NCBI GenBank assembly: GCA_020847515.1
Contig: JADLBW010000279.1
Coordinates: 597-64,596 of the forward strand
DNA length: 64,000 bases
Direction of reading: 5' to 3'
From: Pirellulales bacterium
Lineage (GTDB): Bacteria > Planctomycetota > Planctomycetia > Pirellulales > Lacipirellulaceae
Shown: in pieces, positions 37,496 to 48,005 of the stretch
How the letters are laid out: every line of letters starts with the position of its first letter
Numbering within the stretch: the stretch's first letter is position 1
The notes under the pieces: generated by a model
The model's input: the letters and a program-made list of their open reading frames with translations, nothing else
Database searches by the model: none
What the model was told of the DNA's origin: nothing
Translations under genes and position numbers: made by a program

Positions 37496-38938
37496 TTAGA
37501 CGGCCGAGCGAGCGGAGTCCGGCGTGCCCACGGCGCCGACGCCATGGCCGGACGCGGCCGACGGTGCAGCCGTTTCCCCTGCGATCCGCTGTTCGTTGGC
37601 TGCCAGGCTGATCTTCGCGAAGTCCTGTTCGCGGGCCACGAACGCCTCCACCACTTCAGGATCGAACTGCGCTCCGTAATTCGAGATGATCCATTCCCGG
37701 GCTTCGAGGTGGCTAACGGCATCGCGATAGGCCCGCCTGGTGGTGAGCGCATCGTACACGTCTGCCAGGGCGACAATGCGCGCTGCCAACGGAATGGCCT
37801 TGCCCTGCAATCCTTGCGGATAGCCGCTGCCGTCCCATTGTTCGTGGTGGGCTGCGGCGATCTGGCGGCCCAGCTCGATGAACTGATCCGCGGCGCCGAG
37901 GAATTGGGCGACGTTCGTCAAGCATTCGCCCCCCAAGACCGTGTGCATTTGCATGGCGCGGCGTTCCGCCGAGGTCAGCCGCCCAAGCTTCAGTATCACG
38001 CTGTCGGGCACTCCAATCTTGCCGATGTCGTGCAGCGCCGAAGCAGAAGCCAGGTTGGCGACATAGTGATGGTCGATCTCGGAGTTTTGCTTGGCCAATT
38101 CCGTGGCCAGTATCGTCACGTACGTCCGGATGCGCTCCAAATGCTGGCCGGCGTCCTTGTCGCGCGATTCGGCCAACTTCGCCAGACCAAGCGCCAGTGC
38201 GCTGCGGCTGCGGGTCAGCGCTAAGGTGCGGCGATCGACCTCCTGTTCCACCGAAGCGCTCAGCGTGTGCAGCGAATTGTCAAACTTGGTTACGAGCAAC
38301 AGCGTCAACAAGGTCGTTGCTCCTACCACGGCTGCGGTCAGCACAAACCCGGCCTGCAAGACGGGGGTCACCAGCTCCGCGACGCTTGCGTCGAGGCTCG
38401 CCTGCGACATGTAAACGACGATGACAGCGTCCCACCGGGGAAGACTCAGGCAGGCCGCCCGAAAAAGATCGCCTTGGATCTCCACTTCGCCAACAATCGG
38501 ACGCTTGGCGCCAAGCTCCGATCTGCGGGCCCCTTCGAGCAGCGGCATCACGCCGGCACGGGTTACCAGCGCCGATCGCCCGGGAAAGCTCCGCAGCAGG
38601 CCGGGATTATCCTTCAACTCGCTGTGCCAGATCAGCGCTCCGGTACTGCGGTGAATAATCGATACGAAGCCGTTGTGAGGAACGCGCGTCGTTTCGCAGA
38701 TTTCCTGCAATTCGCGCCACCCTTTCGTACCGGGGGCGAGGGTCTTGGGCGATCGATCGGCTAAACGTCGGGAGAGTTCAAAGGTTAACGTTTCGCTTTC
38801 GGCTGCTGCGTTCCGCTGGATGCAGCCGGCGAACGCCCTCTGCAGCCACTGGGAAGCCCACAGAATGCCGAAAGACATGCATCCGAGCTGGCTCGCCGCG
38901 AGCAGGAAAATCAGCAGTCGTCGCCGCTTAATTAGCAT
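37496..38938 (-). CDS. Membrane-anchored HD-GYP phosphodiesterase (c-di-GMP turnover) with periplasmic sensor domain
   Basis: Two TMs around a ~170-aa domain. LAESRD..AGQHLERI, LHDIGK, HHEQWDGSGYPQGL, IPLAARIVALADVYDAL. Confidence 0.9.
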   Translation of the reverse strand: MLIKRRRLLIFLLAASQLGCMSFGILWASQWLQRAFAGCIQRNAAAESETLTFELSRRLADRSPKTLAPGTKGWRELQEICETTRVPHNGFVSIIHRSTGALIWHSELKDNPGLLRSFPGRSALVTRAGVMPLLEGARRSELGAKRPIVGEVEIQGDLFRAACLSLPRWDAVIVVYMSQASLDASVAELVTPVLQAGFVLTAAVVGATTLLTLLLVTKFDNSLHTLSASVEQEVDRRTLALTRSRSALALGLAKLAESRDKDAGQHLERIRTYVTILATELAKQNSEIDHHYVANLASASALHDIGKIGVPDSVILKLGRLTSAERRAMQMHTVLGGECLTNVAQFLGAADQFIELGRQIAAAHHEQWDGSGYPQGLQGKAIPLAARIVALADVYDALTTRRAYRDAVSHLEAREWIISNYGAQFDPEVVEAFVAREQDFAKISLAANEQRIAGETAAPSAASGHGVGAVGTPDSARSAV

Positions 38939-39215
38939 ATTGCGATTCCGGCCAGCGGCGCGGGATAAATCGGGCACGGGCCAAACGGCCGACGCGCGGG
39001 TCGCTCAGCCGCCCCGTCGACGGCTCAGAATAAACATAGCTCGCGTATAGACGTCGCGCGACGTAGGCGGCCGCTTGCCGATTAACCGTTACAGCCGGCA
39101 GATCCGACCTCGTTTGGAGGCGCGGACGCGAGACCGATTTGCCCATCGCAAACCGAGACCGATTTTGACGACCCGCTGTTCAAGGCGCGCTCGCTGGTTG
39201 CAACGGCGGCCGCTG

Positions 39216-39224
39216 TGCTACAAT
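39216..39224 (+). promoter_or_regulatory. Extended -10 element upstream of the aldehyde dehydrogenase gene
   Basis: TGCTACAAT. The identical 9-mer lies at 45717-45725 upstream of the PDZ gene. Confidence 0.45.
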
Positions 39225-39347
39225 GACGGCCTTGTCTCAGGGGCCGCGCGGTTGGCGGCTGCGGACATTCGGTACCAAACGCTCGACACGTCTCGCTTCG
39301 TTTTCACTGGCTCTCCCTCGGTGCTTAAGGCAGGAGAAGAAACGGTT

Positions 39348-40832
39348 ATGGCCACCGTCATCGACAAACCGCAAACCAAGGTCGCTCGTCCGCAGGTTCG
39401 GCAAACGCAGTGCTTTATCGGCGGCAAATGGGTTCCCGCGGTCAGCGGTAAGACGTTTGAGACCATCCATCCCGCCACCGAGGAAGTCATTGCCGAGGTA
39501 GCCGAGGGAGACGCCGAAGACATCGACGCCGCCGTTGCCGCCGCCCGCGAGCAGTTCGACGGAGGCGAGTGGTCGAAGATGGACGCCCGCGACCGCGGCA
39601 TCCTCATGTATCGGTTGGCCGACTTGATCGAGCAAGAGGCCGACGAACTGGCGGCGCTGGAGACATTAGACAACGGCAAGCCGATTCGCGACGCGCGCGG
39701 CGCCGATATTCCGCTAGTCATCGACACGCTGCGGTACTACGCAGGTTGGTGCGACAAGATCCAGGGCGCTACGATCCCTGTGCGGGGCGACTACTTCTGC
39801 TACACGCGGCGCGAGCCGGTGGGGGTGGTCGGGCAGATCATTCCCTGGAACTTCCCCGCCCTGATGGTGGCCTGGAAGTGGGGACCGGCCCTGGCCGCCG
39901 GCTGTACGATCGTCATGAAGCCGGCGGAGCAGACGCCGCTCACCTGCCTGCGGATGGCCCGCCTGGCCCAGAAGGCCGGCCTGCCGGACGGCGTCATCAA
40001 CGTCGTGCCGGGCTACGGGCCGACGGCCGGCGCCGCGCTGGTCCGGCACCCGGGAGTCGACAAGATTGCGTTCACCGGCGAGACGACGACCGCCAAGATC
40101 ATTCAGCGCGAAGCCGTCGAGACGATGAAGCGGTGCACCTTCGAGCTGGGCGGCAAGAGCCCCAACATCGTGTTCGCCGACGCCGATCTGGACGCCGCCG
40201 TCGACGGCGCCCACTTCGGCTTGTACTTCAATCAAGGACAATGCTGCTGCGCCGGCAGCCGGTTGTTCGTCGAGGAGCGCGTTCACGACGAGTTCGTCGA
40301 CCGGCTCAAGGCGAAGAACCACGATCGCAAGCTGGGCGATCCCTTCGATCCGCAAACCGAGCAGGGACCGCAGGTCGACAAGGCCCAGTTCGACAAGATC
40401 CTGAAGTACATCGGTTACGGCAAACAGGAGGGCGCCAAGCTGGTCACCGGCGGCAACCGCCACGGCGACGAAGGATACTATATCGAGCCGACGCTATTTA
40501 CCGGCGTAACCGACGAAATGAAGATTGCGACTGACGAAATCTTCGGACCGGTCCTGAGCGTGTTGAAATTCAAAAACGTCGACGAAATTGCCAAGCGGGC
40601 TAACCGTACGAATTTCGGCCTGGCAGCGGCCGTCTGGAGCCGAGACATCGCCAAGGCCCACAAACTGGCGGCGAAAGTACGAGCAGGCACCGTGTGGATC
40701 AACTGCTACGACGTCTTCGACGCGGCGGCGCCCTTCGGCGGGTTCAAGGAGAGCGGCATCGGCCGCGAACTGGGCGAAGCCGGCCTGCAGGCGTATACCG
40801 AGTCGAAGACCGTCACGGTGTCGCTAAGTTAA
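39348..40832 (+). CDS. NAD-dependent aldehyde dehydrogenase
   Basis: IIPWNFP, KPAEQTP, FTGET, ELGGKSP (catalytic Glu), [10 protein letters not shown] (catalytic Cys), [23 protein letters not shown] before ATG 39348. Confidence 0.95.
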   Translation: MATVIDKPQTKVARPQVRQTQCFIGGKWVPAVSGKTFETIHPATEEVIAEVAEGDAEDIDAAVAAAREQFDGGEWSKMDARDRGILMYRLADLIEQEADELAALETLDNGKPIRDARGADIPLVIDTLRYYAGWCDKIQGATIPVRGDYFCYTRREPVGVVGQIIPWNFPALMVAWKWGPALAAGCTIVMKPAEQTPLTCLRMARLAQKAGLPDGVINVVPGYGPTAGAALVRHPGVDKIAFTGETTTAKIIQREAVETMKRCTFELGGKSPNIVFADADLDAAVDGAHFGLYFNQGQCCCAGSRLFVEERVHDEFVDRLKAKNHDRKLGDPFDPQTEQGPQVDKAQFDKILKYIGYGKQEGAKLVTGGNRHGDEGYYIEPTLFTGVTDEMKIATDEIFGPVLSVLKFKNVDEIAKRANRTNFGLAAAVWSRDIAKAHKLAAKVRAGTVWINCYDVFDAAAPFGGFKESGIGRELGEAGLQAYTESKTVTVSLS

Positions 40833-40899
40833 CCGCGACCAGCAGCGGCCGGCAGTCGGCTGTTGGGTCGTGAGCTTTGACCGAAGGGAAGGTGACGCG

Positions 40900-41988
40900 A
40901 TGAGCGCTCCGTGCGGCGCCTGGCGGCAGGCGTTGGTTCTCTGCCTGGCGCTGATCGCTCCGGCATGGGCGACTGCTCAGGAGCAGACCGAGCCGGAGCG
41001 CCTTTATGACCAGTTGCAAGAGTCGGACGAACCCGGCGCCGGGCCGCTGGCCCAGCGCTGGCGGAGCCTTATCCGTCAACGGATATGGACCGACGACACC
41101 GGCAAGTTCAAGGTTTACGCCCGGTACGTCGATCACGCCGCGGATTTTCAGTCGGTGACGCTGTTGGTTATGCAGAAGAACGGCGATAAGCAGTCGTTCA
41201 AAGAGAGCGTCGTGCCGTTGGCCAGGCTCGGCAGTAGCGACCAGGCCCTGGTGAAGCGGATCGCCCAAGTGCGTAAAGAGGTGGATGAGATACTCGCCGG
41301 GGCGAATGACGCGTCCGGTGCGTCGGTCGATTCCCAAACTGCCGGCGCCGGCGAGGGTCCGCGGCTCCGCGAAGAAGTCGAAGGCCTTCCTGCTGGCGAA
41401 GCGGGGGGCCCCGGCTATGAGGACGCAACAGGGCAGCTTCCGGCAGAACCAGCGCTGCCCCCGGCGGTGATGGCCGAACCATGGCGGAATGATTTCGCCG
41501 CGTTCGCAGGCAATTTGTCAGCCTCGCTGGATGAGCGGGGCCAGCCCACCGTTAGCTGGGGCGACCTCGAGCAGCTAAAAACGGTCTACGATCTGGAACG
41601 CAAGCTGGCAACGCTTCGCAAGAAGCCTGCTGCCCAGAGGCCGCCGCAGTTGGAGCTCGTACAACTGGCCATGACCTACGGATGGGCTAAAGGCGGACTG
41701 GGACAGGTCGCCTGGGAGGCGACCCTAGGCGGGCCCGTCTCCGGACCCGGAGCGACGATTCTGCACGACCTCGTAGCGCCGGAGCCGTTCAGCGTGACGC
41801 TGGTCGCCGACGAAGCCAAGCCTCAGGCGTACCGCGCGCTGAAGCCTGGCGCCAAAGTGAGGCTGATCGGCCGCTTCACAAGCCTCGGCGGCGATGGCGA
41901 AAAGCCGGAGCTCGTGCTTCGCGTGCGCCCGCTGACCAGCGAAAAATCGGCAGCTAAGCGGCGGACAAGCGTCCAACGCCGCCCTTAG
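40900..41988 (+). CDS. Secreted SHD1 (SLA1 homology domain 1)-containing protein
   Basis: Signal peptide, then RIWTDDTGKFKVYARYV ... VPLARLGSSDQALV, the SHD1 pattern. Confidence 0.7.
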   Translation: MSAPCGAWRQALVLCLALIAPAWATAQEQTEPERLYDQLQESDEPGAGPLAQRWRSLIRQRIWTDDTGKFKVYARYVDHAADFQSVTLLVMQKNGDKQSFKESVVPLARLGSSDQALVKRIAQVRKEVDEILAGANDASGASVDSQTAGAGEGPRLREEVEGLPAGEAGGPGYEDATGQLPAEPALPPAVMAEPWRNDFAAFAGNLSASLDERGQPTVSWGDLEQLKTVYDLERKLATLRKKPAAQRPPQLELVQLAMTYGWAKGGLGQVAWEATLGGPVSGPGATILHDLVAPEPFSVTLVADEAKPQAYRALKPGAKVRLIGRFTSLGGDGEKPELVLRVRPLTSEKSAAKRRTSVQRRP

Positions 41989-42084
41989 TTGATCAACGCA
42001 GCGCCAAGCGCGTCTTCGCGTTGAGTTCCGGCCCGCGCGATCGTCGTCATTGAAGCCCTGCGCGCCGTTCTGCCGGCTGATGAA

Positions 42085-43479
42085 TCATCGACGCGCCGTA
42101 TCGCCCGCCGACCCCAGGGCGAGCTGCCCGAAATACCGCTCGTTGCCGCGGATAATGTCGAACCGTACGGGACCCGTCTTAGCGACGCTCTCGGCCTTAC
42201 TGAGTACGAACCGGACGTCGCCTTCGTTCGTGGTGTACCAGCGGTGGATTTGAACCAGGATGTCGCCCTTGACGACGCCCTGGGTAGCGGCCGAACTCCC
42301 CGGACGCACCGCTATCACCCGCATGCCCCCCTCGAGCGGAAGCCCGCGGTTGCGAAGGGTGGCGGCTGGCTCGGCTTCGAGTAGGAGCCCAAAGGCGTCC
42401 CACGTGGCGAGCTGAAAGTCGCCGCTGGGCTGTACATCGCGCGTACGACTCGGTTTGGCCGCGACGACCAGATCGAGCGTCAGTTGCGCGCCGTCGCGGT
42501 CGACGACTACCGCAAGCCGGTCCCCCACCCGGCGACCCAGCAGGGCGCGTTCTACGTCGAGCGGCCGCTCAATCTCGAGCGAGCCGATCTGGCGCAGCTC
42601 GTCGCCTTGGCGCAGCCCGCCGAGCTCGGCCGGACTATCGCGATCAACCCGCGCCACCGTCACCGGTCCGTCGGGCCCGTCGACGACGAGCGGCGTGATC
42701 CCATGCCACTGGCTTTCGATTCGCTCGACGCTCATCAACTGCGTGGCGACTTCCAGCGCTTTGTCGACCGGGATGGCGAATCCAATTCCCTGCGCGCCAG
42801 CCCGCACGGCGACGTTCAGGCCAATCATCTTGCCGTCGAGATTCAAAAGCGGGCCGCCGGAATTGCCCGGATTGATGCTGGCGTCGGTCTGGATCAGGTC
42901 GAGGTACTGCTGCGTTTCGTTGACCTGCACATTGCGGTGCAAAGCACTGATGATGCCCGACGTGACCGTGTGCTCGTAGCCGTAGGCGTTACCCACGGCC
43001 ACGACCGTTTCGCCGGTCATGAGGTCGCGAGAGGCGCCAAGCTGAATCGTCGGCAGCGCCTGGGGCGTTCGGATGCGAATGACCGCCAGGTCCGTTTCCG
43101 GATCGTGCGCTACAAGCTGAGCGACGTACGCCTGACCTCCCTGGAGCGTGACGTTAATCTGCCGCACTCCGTCGACAACGTGGTTATTGGTCAGAATGTA
43201 TCCGCGCGGGTCGATGACCACGCCCGTCCCCATGCCGTTGACTTCGCGAGGCGCGGAGGGCCCGCGTCCGGCGACGGCCGGTTCCACGACCGGTTTCTGC
43301 CCTTGGATGTTGACGACCGCCGGCGCGTTGCTGCGAACTGCTTTGACGATTGGCGTCTCGCGGTTTTCCGAGGCCGCCGCCCACGGAAGAGACGCTGCTA
43401 GCGCCGCCGCCGCCGCGGCGACTTGCCAAAGTCCTCGTCCGAAAGGCTGACGGTACGCCAGCACGCGCAGGATGGGCAT
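42085..43479 (-). CDS. HtrA/DegP-like trypsin serine protease with two PDZ domains
   Basis: GTGVVID, catalytic triad TNNHVV / TDLAV / INPGNSGGPL, IQTDAS, GIGFAIP, two PDZ-like segments. Confidence 0.93.
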   Translation of the reverse strand: MPILRVLAYRQPFGRGLWQVAAAAAALAASLPWAAASENRETPIVKAVRSNAPAVVNIQGQKPVVEPAVAGRGPSAPREVNGMGTGVVIDPRGYILTNNHVVDGVRQINVTLQGGQAYVAQLVAHDPETDLAVIRIRTPQALPTIQLGASRDLMTGETVVAVGNAYGYEHTVTSGIISALHRNVQVNETQQYLDLIQTDASINPGNSGGPLLNLDGKMIGLNVAVRAGAQGIGFAIPVDKALEVATQLMSVERIESQWHGITPLVVDGPDGPVTVARVDRDSPAELGGLRQGDELRQIGSLEIERPLDVERALLGRRVGDRLAVVVDRDGAQLTLDLVVAAKPSRTRDVQPSGDFQLATWDAFGLLLEAEPAATLRNRGLPLEGGMRVIAVRPGSSAATQGVVKGDILVQIHRWYTTNEGDVRFVLSKAESVAKTGPVRFDIIRGNERYFGQLALGSAGDTARR

Positions 43480-43785
43480 CGTGGGTCGTCCAGAGGTGGA
43501 AACCAACCAAGCGCGTATTGCGGGAAGCGCCAGGCAGGCGATGGGGAAGTTTTCGGGACGGATGACAAGGGGGTTGATCGGCCCGGCCCTACGATGCGCT
43601 TAAACGGCACAACCGCGCCCCGTACAAAATGCCTAGTTTGTCGCCCGTCGAGTCGCCCCTTCAGCGGGTAGCGCCCGCCCGCAAGCAGTAGGCCGCCGAC
43701 CGCCGATTCACCCCCGTTATTGAGAATGGCGCCGCCAATAAAACGTGCCTGGCTGACGGCAAGAGGCCCCGAGCGGCCGAACGGC

Positions 43786-44280
43786 TCAGTCGTGCGCGGG
43801 GAAGATCACCTGGCGGCGATAATCCAGTTCGACGTCGCCGCGCTGCGGATCGGGCGCGTCGGGCGGCGCGGGCGAGAGTATCGGCGCCGTAGGCACCGGA
43901 AGGAACTTGGGCGGCAACTCGGGTCGCAACGTCGCCGGCGGCGGGCCGGCTGCGGGCTTGCAGCGGCCGCACAGCATCCCCAGCCGCTCGCAGCCCAGCC
44001 CGAACGGCGCCAGGAAGCATTCGCGGCAAGGATAGCATTCCCCTCCGCAGCGCGGCGCAGGCGCCGGCTCGTACCAATGCGGGCAACTCTGACTGAGACA
44101 ACCGCGACCGCAACAGACGGCTTCGTCGGCCAGTTCGCCGTAATAGGCGGAGCCGACGGCCCGCACAGGTGCGCAAGCGTCGCCGCAGTTACAATCGCTG
44201 CGCCAGCACGCTGCGCAGCCTGGCGATGCGGCGGCCACGAATGCGGCCAGCCATCGTAGCAGGTGAGAATTGGCGACCAT
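43786..44280 (-). CDS. Small Cys- and Pro-rich secreted or lipoprotein hypothetical protein
   Basis: Hydrophobic N-terminus ending SPGC, 16 Cys in the first ~107 aa, PPKFLPVPTAPILSP motif. Confidence 0.6.
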   Translation of the reverse strand: MVANSHLLRWLAAFVAAASPGCAACWRSDCNCGDACAPVRAVGSAYYGELADEAVCCGRGCLSQSCPHWYEPAPAPRCGGECYPCRECFLAPFGLGCERLGMLCGRCKPAAGPPPATLRPELPPKFLPVPTAPILSPAPPDAPDPQRGDVELDYRRQVIFPAHD

Positions 44281-44405
44281 GATTCCACGAGACGAGAAGG
44301 AGTAGTCCCCTTCTTAGATCGGCGGATCCTGCGCCGGAAGTTCGCCGCAAACTGCAAACTCCCGCAGGAATGCAGGAGGCCCAGCCGCGAGGCACTGCCG
44401 CGCTG

Positions 44406-44582
44406 TTACGCCTCCTCGGCGGAGCGGTCGCCGTAAAGCAATTTGGAGAGCCCCTGAAATCCAAGGAACACGATCAACAGCGCCAGTAGTGCATGCGGCC
44501 AGTATGCACCTAGCGGAATTCCCAACAACCCAGCAATCCAGCCCAAGACCGCCATCAGGGGGATCAGAACCAGCAGGACGCC
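44406..44582 (-). other. In-frame continuation (58 codons, two hydrophobic segments) of the upstream CDS beyond a TGA
   Basis: After ...FKGTMEALG-TGA the same frame reads GVLLVLIPLMAVLGWIAGLLGIPLGAYWPHALLALLIVFLGFQGLSKLLYGDRSAEEA-TAA. Confidence 0.7.
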
Positions 44583-45578
44583 TCAGCCGAGCGCCTCCAT
44601 CGTGCCCTTGAACGCCAACTGCTCGGTGAGTTGGCGGTCGTGCACGTCGATCATGCGGCCGCGGCGGAGGCTGATTTCAATCGAATCGGTCAGTTCCATG
44701 GCGCGAAGTGCGCTCGACCAGGTGGACGCCGAGGCCGCGCTCGCCGAGAGCGATGCGACAAATCTCCGGACCGCCGCTGTTGCCGGAGCCTCTCCCGCTA
44801 CGCGGAGGCTCGGCCCGCCCGCGTCGCCTTCGTGGATTTCCGCAAGCTGGTCGGCTGAATCGAAGCTCACCGTCGCCCGCCCGCTCTGACATATCCACGT
44901 TAACGTCAGGCCTTCGGCGGCGGACGGCGGCTCTACGGCCCAACGCACGGGGATTTCCGAAATTCCCAGCAACTGGGCGCTCAGGGCCGAATAATCGGGG
45001 ATCTCGCGCGCCGCTCCGGCGTGGGCGCCGATGCGGTTGAGTCGGCCCGCGAGCAGACCTAGCAGCTCCACATCTCGGGCAAAATGCCATAGAACGTTGG
45101 CGTGAGTGCGCTCGGCGAGCAATCGCGTGCAAACGATTTGCTCGACGCGGCCCAAGGCGGGATGCCCGTTGCTTGCCCACATCGCCGCATCCGCCGCTTC
45201 CGCCCACTGGACTAGCGGATTGTAGTGTTGCACCCCCGCGGAGCTCTCCAGCCGGGCCATGTCGATCTCAAAATAAGCGAGTACCGAGCCGACCAGCGGG
45301 AACGTCGCCAAAACGGGACGGCCTAGTCGAACAAGCTCCTGAACCTGCTGGGCCCGGAACGCTTCGCTGGCCGCCCCTCGGCCGACGATGACGGCGTCGG
45401 CAGTCTCCTCATCAAGAAGGTCTTCCCACTGTTCCGCCCGATCGCCTGTAAGGGCGAGGCCTGTCGACGCCGCATACTTCCCCAGGTCCCCATGCCAGGC
45501 AATTTTGTGCCCCGTTGCGACGGCTGCCTCGGCTAGCTGCAGGCTTTCAGAATCGGCGCCAAGCAAAGCGAATCTCAT
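44583..45578 (-). CDS. Gfo/Idh/MocA-like Rossmann-fold protein, apparently interrupted by a TGA before its membrane anchor
   Basis: MRFALLGAD beta-alpha start, WEDLLDEETADAVIVG, LGRVEQI, ALRAMELTDSIEISLRRGRMI. Frame continues to 44406. Confidence 0.7.
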   Translation of the reverse strand: MRFALLGADSESLQLAEAAVATGHKIAWHGDLGKYAASTGLALTGDRAEQWEDLLDEETADAVIVGRGAASEAFRAQQVQELVRLGRPVLATFPLVGSVLAYFEIDMARLESSAGVQHYNPLVQWAEAADAAMWASNGHPALGRVEQIVCTRLLAERTHANVLWHFARDVELLGLLAGRLNRIGAHAGAAREIPDYSALSAQLLGISEIPVRWAVEPPSAAEGLTLTWICQSGRATVSFDSADQLAEIHEGDAGGPSLRVAGEAPATAAVRRFVASLSASAASASTWSSALRAMELTDSIEISLRRGRMIDVHDRQLTEQLAFKGTMEALG

Positions 45579-45815
45579 GTTGGGCAGGTTAATCGAGCTA
45601 GCCTCGCCGCACAACTTGGACCGTTTAGGCCAGGGCCGCAAATGCCATCCCGGGACGCCGCGGACCCGGCGGGGCCGACCCATGCGCCTTCATTAACCTT
45701 CCAGACGGCAATGGAGTGCTACAATGCAGTCGGTACAATGGAAATCTGCGCGATGCAGGCGGTTGCGCGGCGCCCATAAGGCGAGCAGGTTGTTTTGCCG
45801 CATTTTGGATATCGT

Positions 45816-47078
45816 ATGAACCTCAACGGCCGCACGAGCGAACGATTGGCGGCATGGCCAAGTCGCCTGGTCGGTCTGATGGTCGTAGCCTCGGCCGCTG
45901 GCGGCTTGGTGCGGGCCGAGGAGCCGGCCGATCGTAGCGAATCCGGCGGGCCCGTCGCCGAAGCGACGGCGCCTGCTCCGTCATCTACGGCTTCCCCGGC
46001 GAGCGCGGCGCCATTAGCGAAGGGGGTCGACCCGCAACTCCTCAATCGCCTGGCGGGCGAATTGGACGACGACCGCTATGGCGTGCGCGAGGCCGCGCAG
46101 AAGCAGCTCGCGGCGTTTGGAGTCGGCGCGTTGGAAACGGTCGCAGGCGTCGCCGCCCATGGCACGCTCGAAAGCTCCACTCGCGCTGTCAGCGTGCTGC
46201 TCGGCTGGGCCGACGGCAAAGACCGTCCGCTCAGTCTGGCGGCGTTGGAAAAACTGGCCGCCTTAGAAAACCGCCCCACGGAAGCTGCCATGGCCGATGA
46301 ACGGCTCGCCGGCGTGCGCGAGCTGGCAGCCGTTGAGGCAGTGAAGGAACTGGGCGGGCGATTCGATTACGACCGTTATTTCGGCATGATTGGCGGGCCC
46401 GAGCGCGCCGTGCAGGTGATCATCGGGCCTCAATGGACCGGCGGCGCCGCGGGACTTCGCCACATCGCCGATATCCGCAGCGCGACGACGCTCAGCCTGT
46501 ATTCGGCGCCCTTGAATGACGACGCCATACAAGCCCTGACGGAATTGCCGCAACTGAAGCGCATGGAGCTCTATGGCACGGCGCTGTCCGAGGAGGCCAT
46601 CGCGCAAGTGCAGGCAAAACTGCCGCAGACGCAGCTCGACGTTCGCCGCGGCGGGGCCCGGCTGGGCGTTCGCGGCTTGAATTGCGAGCAAGTCCTCCCC
46701 GACAGCGCCGCCCAGAAAGCGGGCATCAAGGAGCAGGACAAAATAATCGAGTTCGCCGGCAAGCCGATTGAAAAATTCGAGGAGCTGACGGAGCTTATTG
46801 CTGCCTGCAAGCCGGGAGACAGCAAAGGCATTAAGGTCCAGCGATTGAATCCCCAGACGGCCGTGGCCGAGACGCTCGAATTGACCGTCACGTTCGACCG
46901 CTGGGGTGACGATGTGCGTCCCTCGAGCGGCATGGGCGACGGTCAGGGTCCGTTTGGCCCCCGGCCTGTGCAGCCGGTAATTCAAGGGCAGATAATCATC
47001 CAGGGCGGCCCAGGCGGCGTGCAGCGGATTCAAGTTGTGCCGCAAGGACAAGGGGCGCCAGCAAACAATCGGCGTTAG
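45816..47078 (+). CDS. Secreted PDZ-domain protein with HEAT-like and LRR-like segments
   Basis: LDDDRYGVREAAQKQL (HEAT-like), LTELPQLKRMELYGT (LRR-like), ARLGV..VLPDSAAQKAGIKEQDKIIEFAG (PDZ). Confidence 0.8.
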   Translation: MNLNGRTSERLAAWPSRLVGLMVVASAAGGLVRAEEPADRSESGGPVAEATAPAPSSTASPASAAPLAKGVDPQLLNRLAGELDDDRYGVREAAQKQLAAFGVGALETVAGVAAHGTLESSTRAVSVLLGWADGKDRPLSLAALEKLAALENRPTEAAMADERLAGVRELAAVEAVKELGGRFDYDRYFGMIGGPERAVQVIIGPQWTGGAAGLRHIADIRSATTLSLYSAPLNDDAIQALTELPQLKRMELYGTALSEEAIAQVQAKLPQTQLDVRRGGARLGVRGLNCEQVLPDSAAQKAGIKEQDKIIEFAGKPIEKFEELTELIAACKPGDSKGIKVQRLNPQTAVAETLELTVTFDRWGDDVRPSSGMGDGQGPFGPRPVQPVIQGQIIIQGGPGGVQRIQVVPQGQGAPANNRR

Positions 47079-47102
47079 AGTCCGCCTCAGGTGACAAAAA
47101 CG

Positions 47103-47141
47103 AGCGCGGCGCGTCGGGGTACGACGCGCCGCGCTTTTTTT
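47103..47141 (+). terminator. Intrinsic terminator between convergent genes
   Basis: AGCGCGGCGCGTCG-GGGTA-CGACGCGCCGCGCT followed by a T tract. An upstream A tract suggests bidirectional use. Confidence 0.85.
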
Positions 47142-47189
47142 GGCTTCTTCTCGCTATTCTTTACGCCCAGCGAGTACTTCGCCGAGCCG

Positions 47190-47456
47190 TTAGACGGCAA
47201 GTCCGGTTTCGATCTGCCGTTCCAGGTCGGTAAGGTGACCGCTGGTGCGCAATTGGTGGGCCAACAGTTCACGGCCCTTGTCCGTCCAGACGCCGATAGA
47301 GCGGACTTCGTTCTTGGACTCGGGGCAGAGGAACGTGACTTGCTTGGGAGTGAGATCCTGGATCTCGACCGCACCCGACTCGCGGATTACGCGGGCCGAG
47401 TAGGCCACGCGGCGGTTGTTCTCTTCGTCCTCCCAATGTGATTCGATGGTCTGCAT
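47190..47456 (-). CDS. Small hypothetical protein (88 aa)
   Basis: MQTIESHWEDEENNRRVAYS...IGVWTDKGRELL. GGGAG RBS and strong GC3 bias. Confidence 0.75.
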   Translation of the reverse strand: MQTIESHWEDEENNRRVAYSARVIRESGAVEIQDLTPKQVTFLCPESKNEVRSIGVWTDKGRELLAHQLRTSGHLTDLERQIETGLAV

Positions 47457-48005
47457 GTGCGTACTCCCAAACAGATGGAAACTTGGACGGCTCATCCGGC
47501 AAGAGCTAACCAACGGCTGGCCGGAAAGGCTGTAGGCAGGATCCGCGAGCTGCCGGCCCTGAGCGGACAGTGGGCTTGGCTCGCAGTGTAGTCCCGTATT
47601 TTAGGCAGGACTTCGGCGGCGGGCATGGCCAAATTGAGCGAAATCCCAAAAAATGCCGCTTTTCTCGGGCTACGACGCCTGGGCGAAATGGACCGCGCCG
47701 GGAAATCACGGTATTCGCCGCCAAAACGGCCGCAAGTAAGCAAAGACTCGAAGACGTAACATGCGAGGGCGGATCACTAGCCGTACGTGCATTACCGGCG
47801 CTTCCGAGGACTCCTGATGATCCCGGCATTAGTGCGCCGAACTCATTGCCGCCCCTGAGCCCGGCTCGGCACGGTTCGAGCGAGCGATCCAATCCCTCCG
47901 CGAACCCTTCCCCTGGAGGGAGCGGGACAGAAAAGCGTGCATAGCTCACATCCTTGCCCTTCGCGCCTCAACGCGACGCTTATTCCCCGCCATCGTACAA
48001 GCGGC

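Noticed and set aside
39051-39064. 14-bp perfect palindrome ACGTCGCGCGACGT between the HD-GYP and ALDH genes
   Set aside because: A single CG-rich instance in a CG-rich genome with no second copy seen. Not enough to call an operator.
39075-39347. Long N-terminal extensions in the ORF track (ALDH, ispE, tal, upp, cdd, BBP7-like, DUF1559, yeaH)
   Set aside because: They lack family similarity, and better starts lie downstream, several with clear RBS.
47514-48005. GC hairpins and a CCCTCC...GGAGGG REP-like motif near 47888-47921
   Set aside because: One degenerate instance only, and stems of this size are expected by chance at this GC content.
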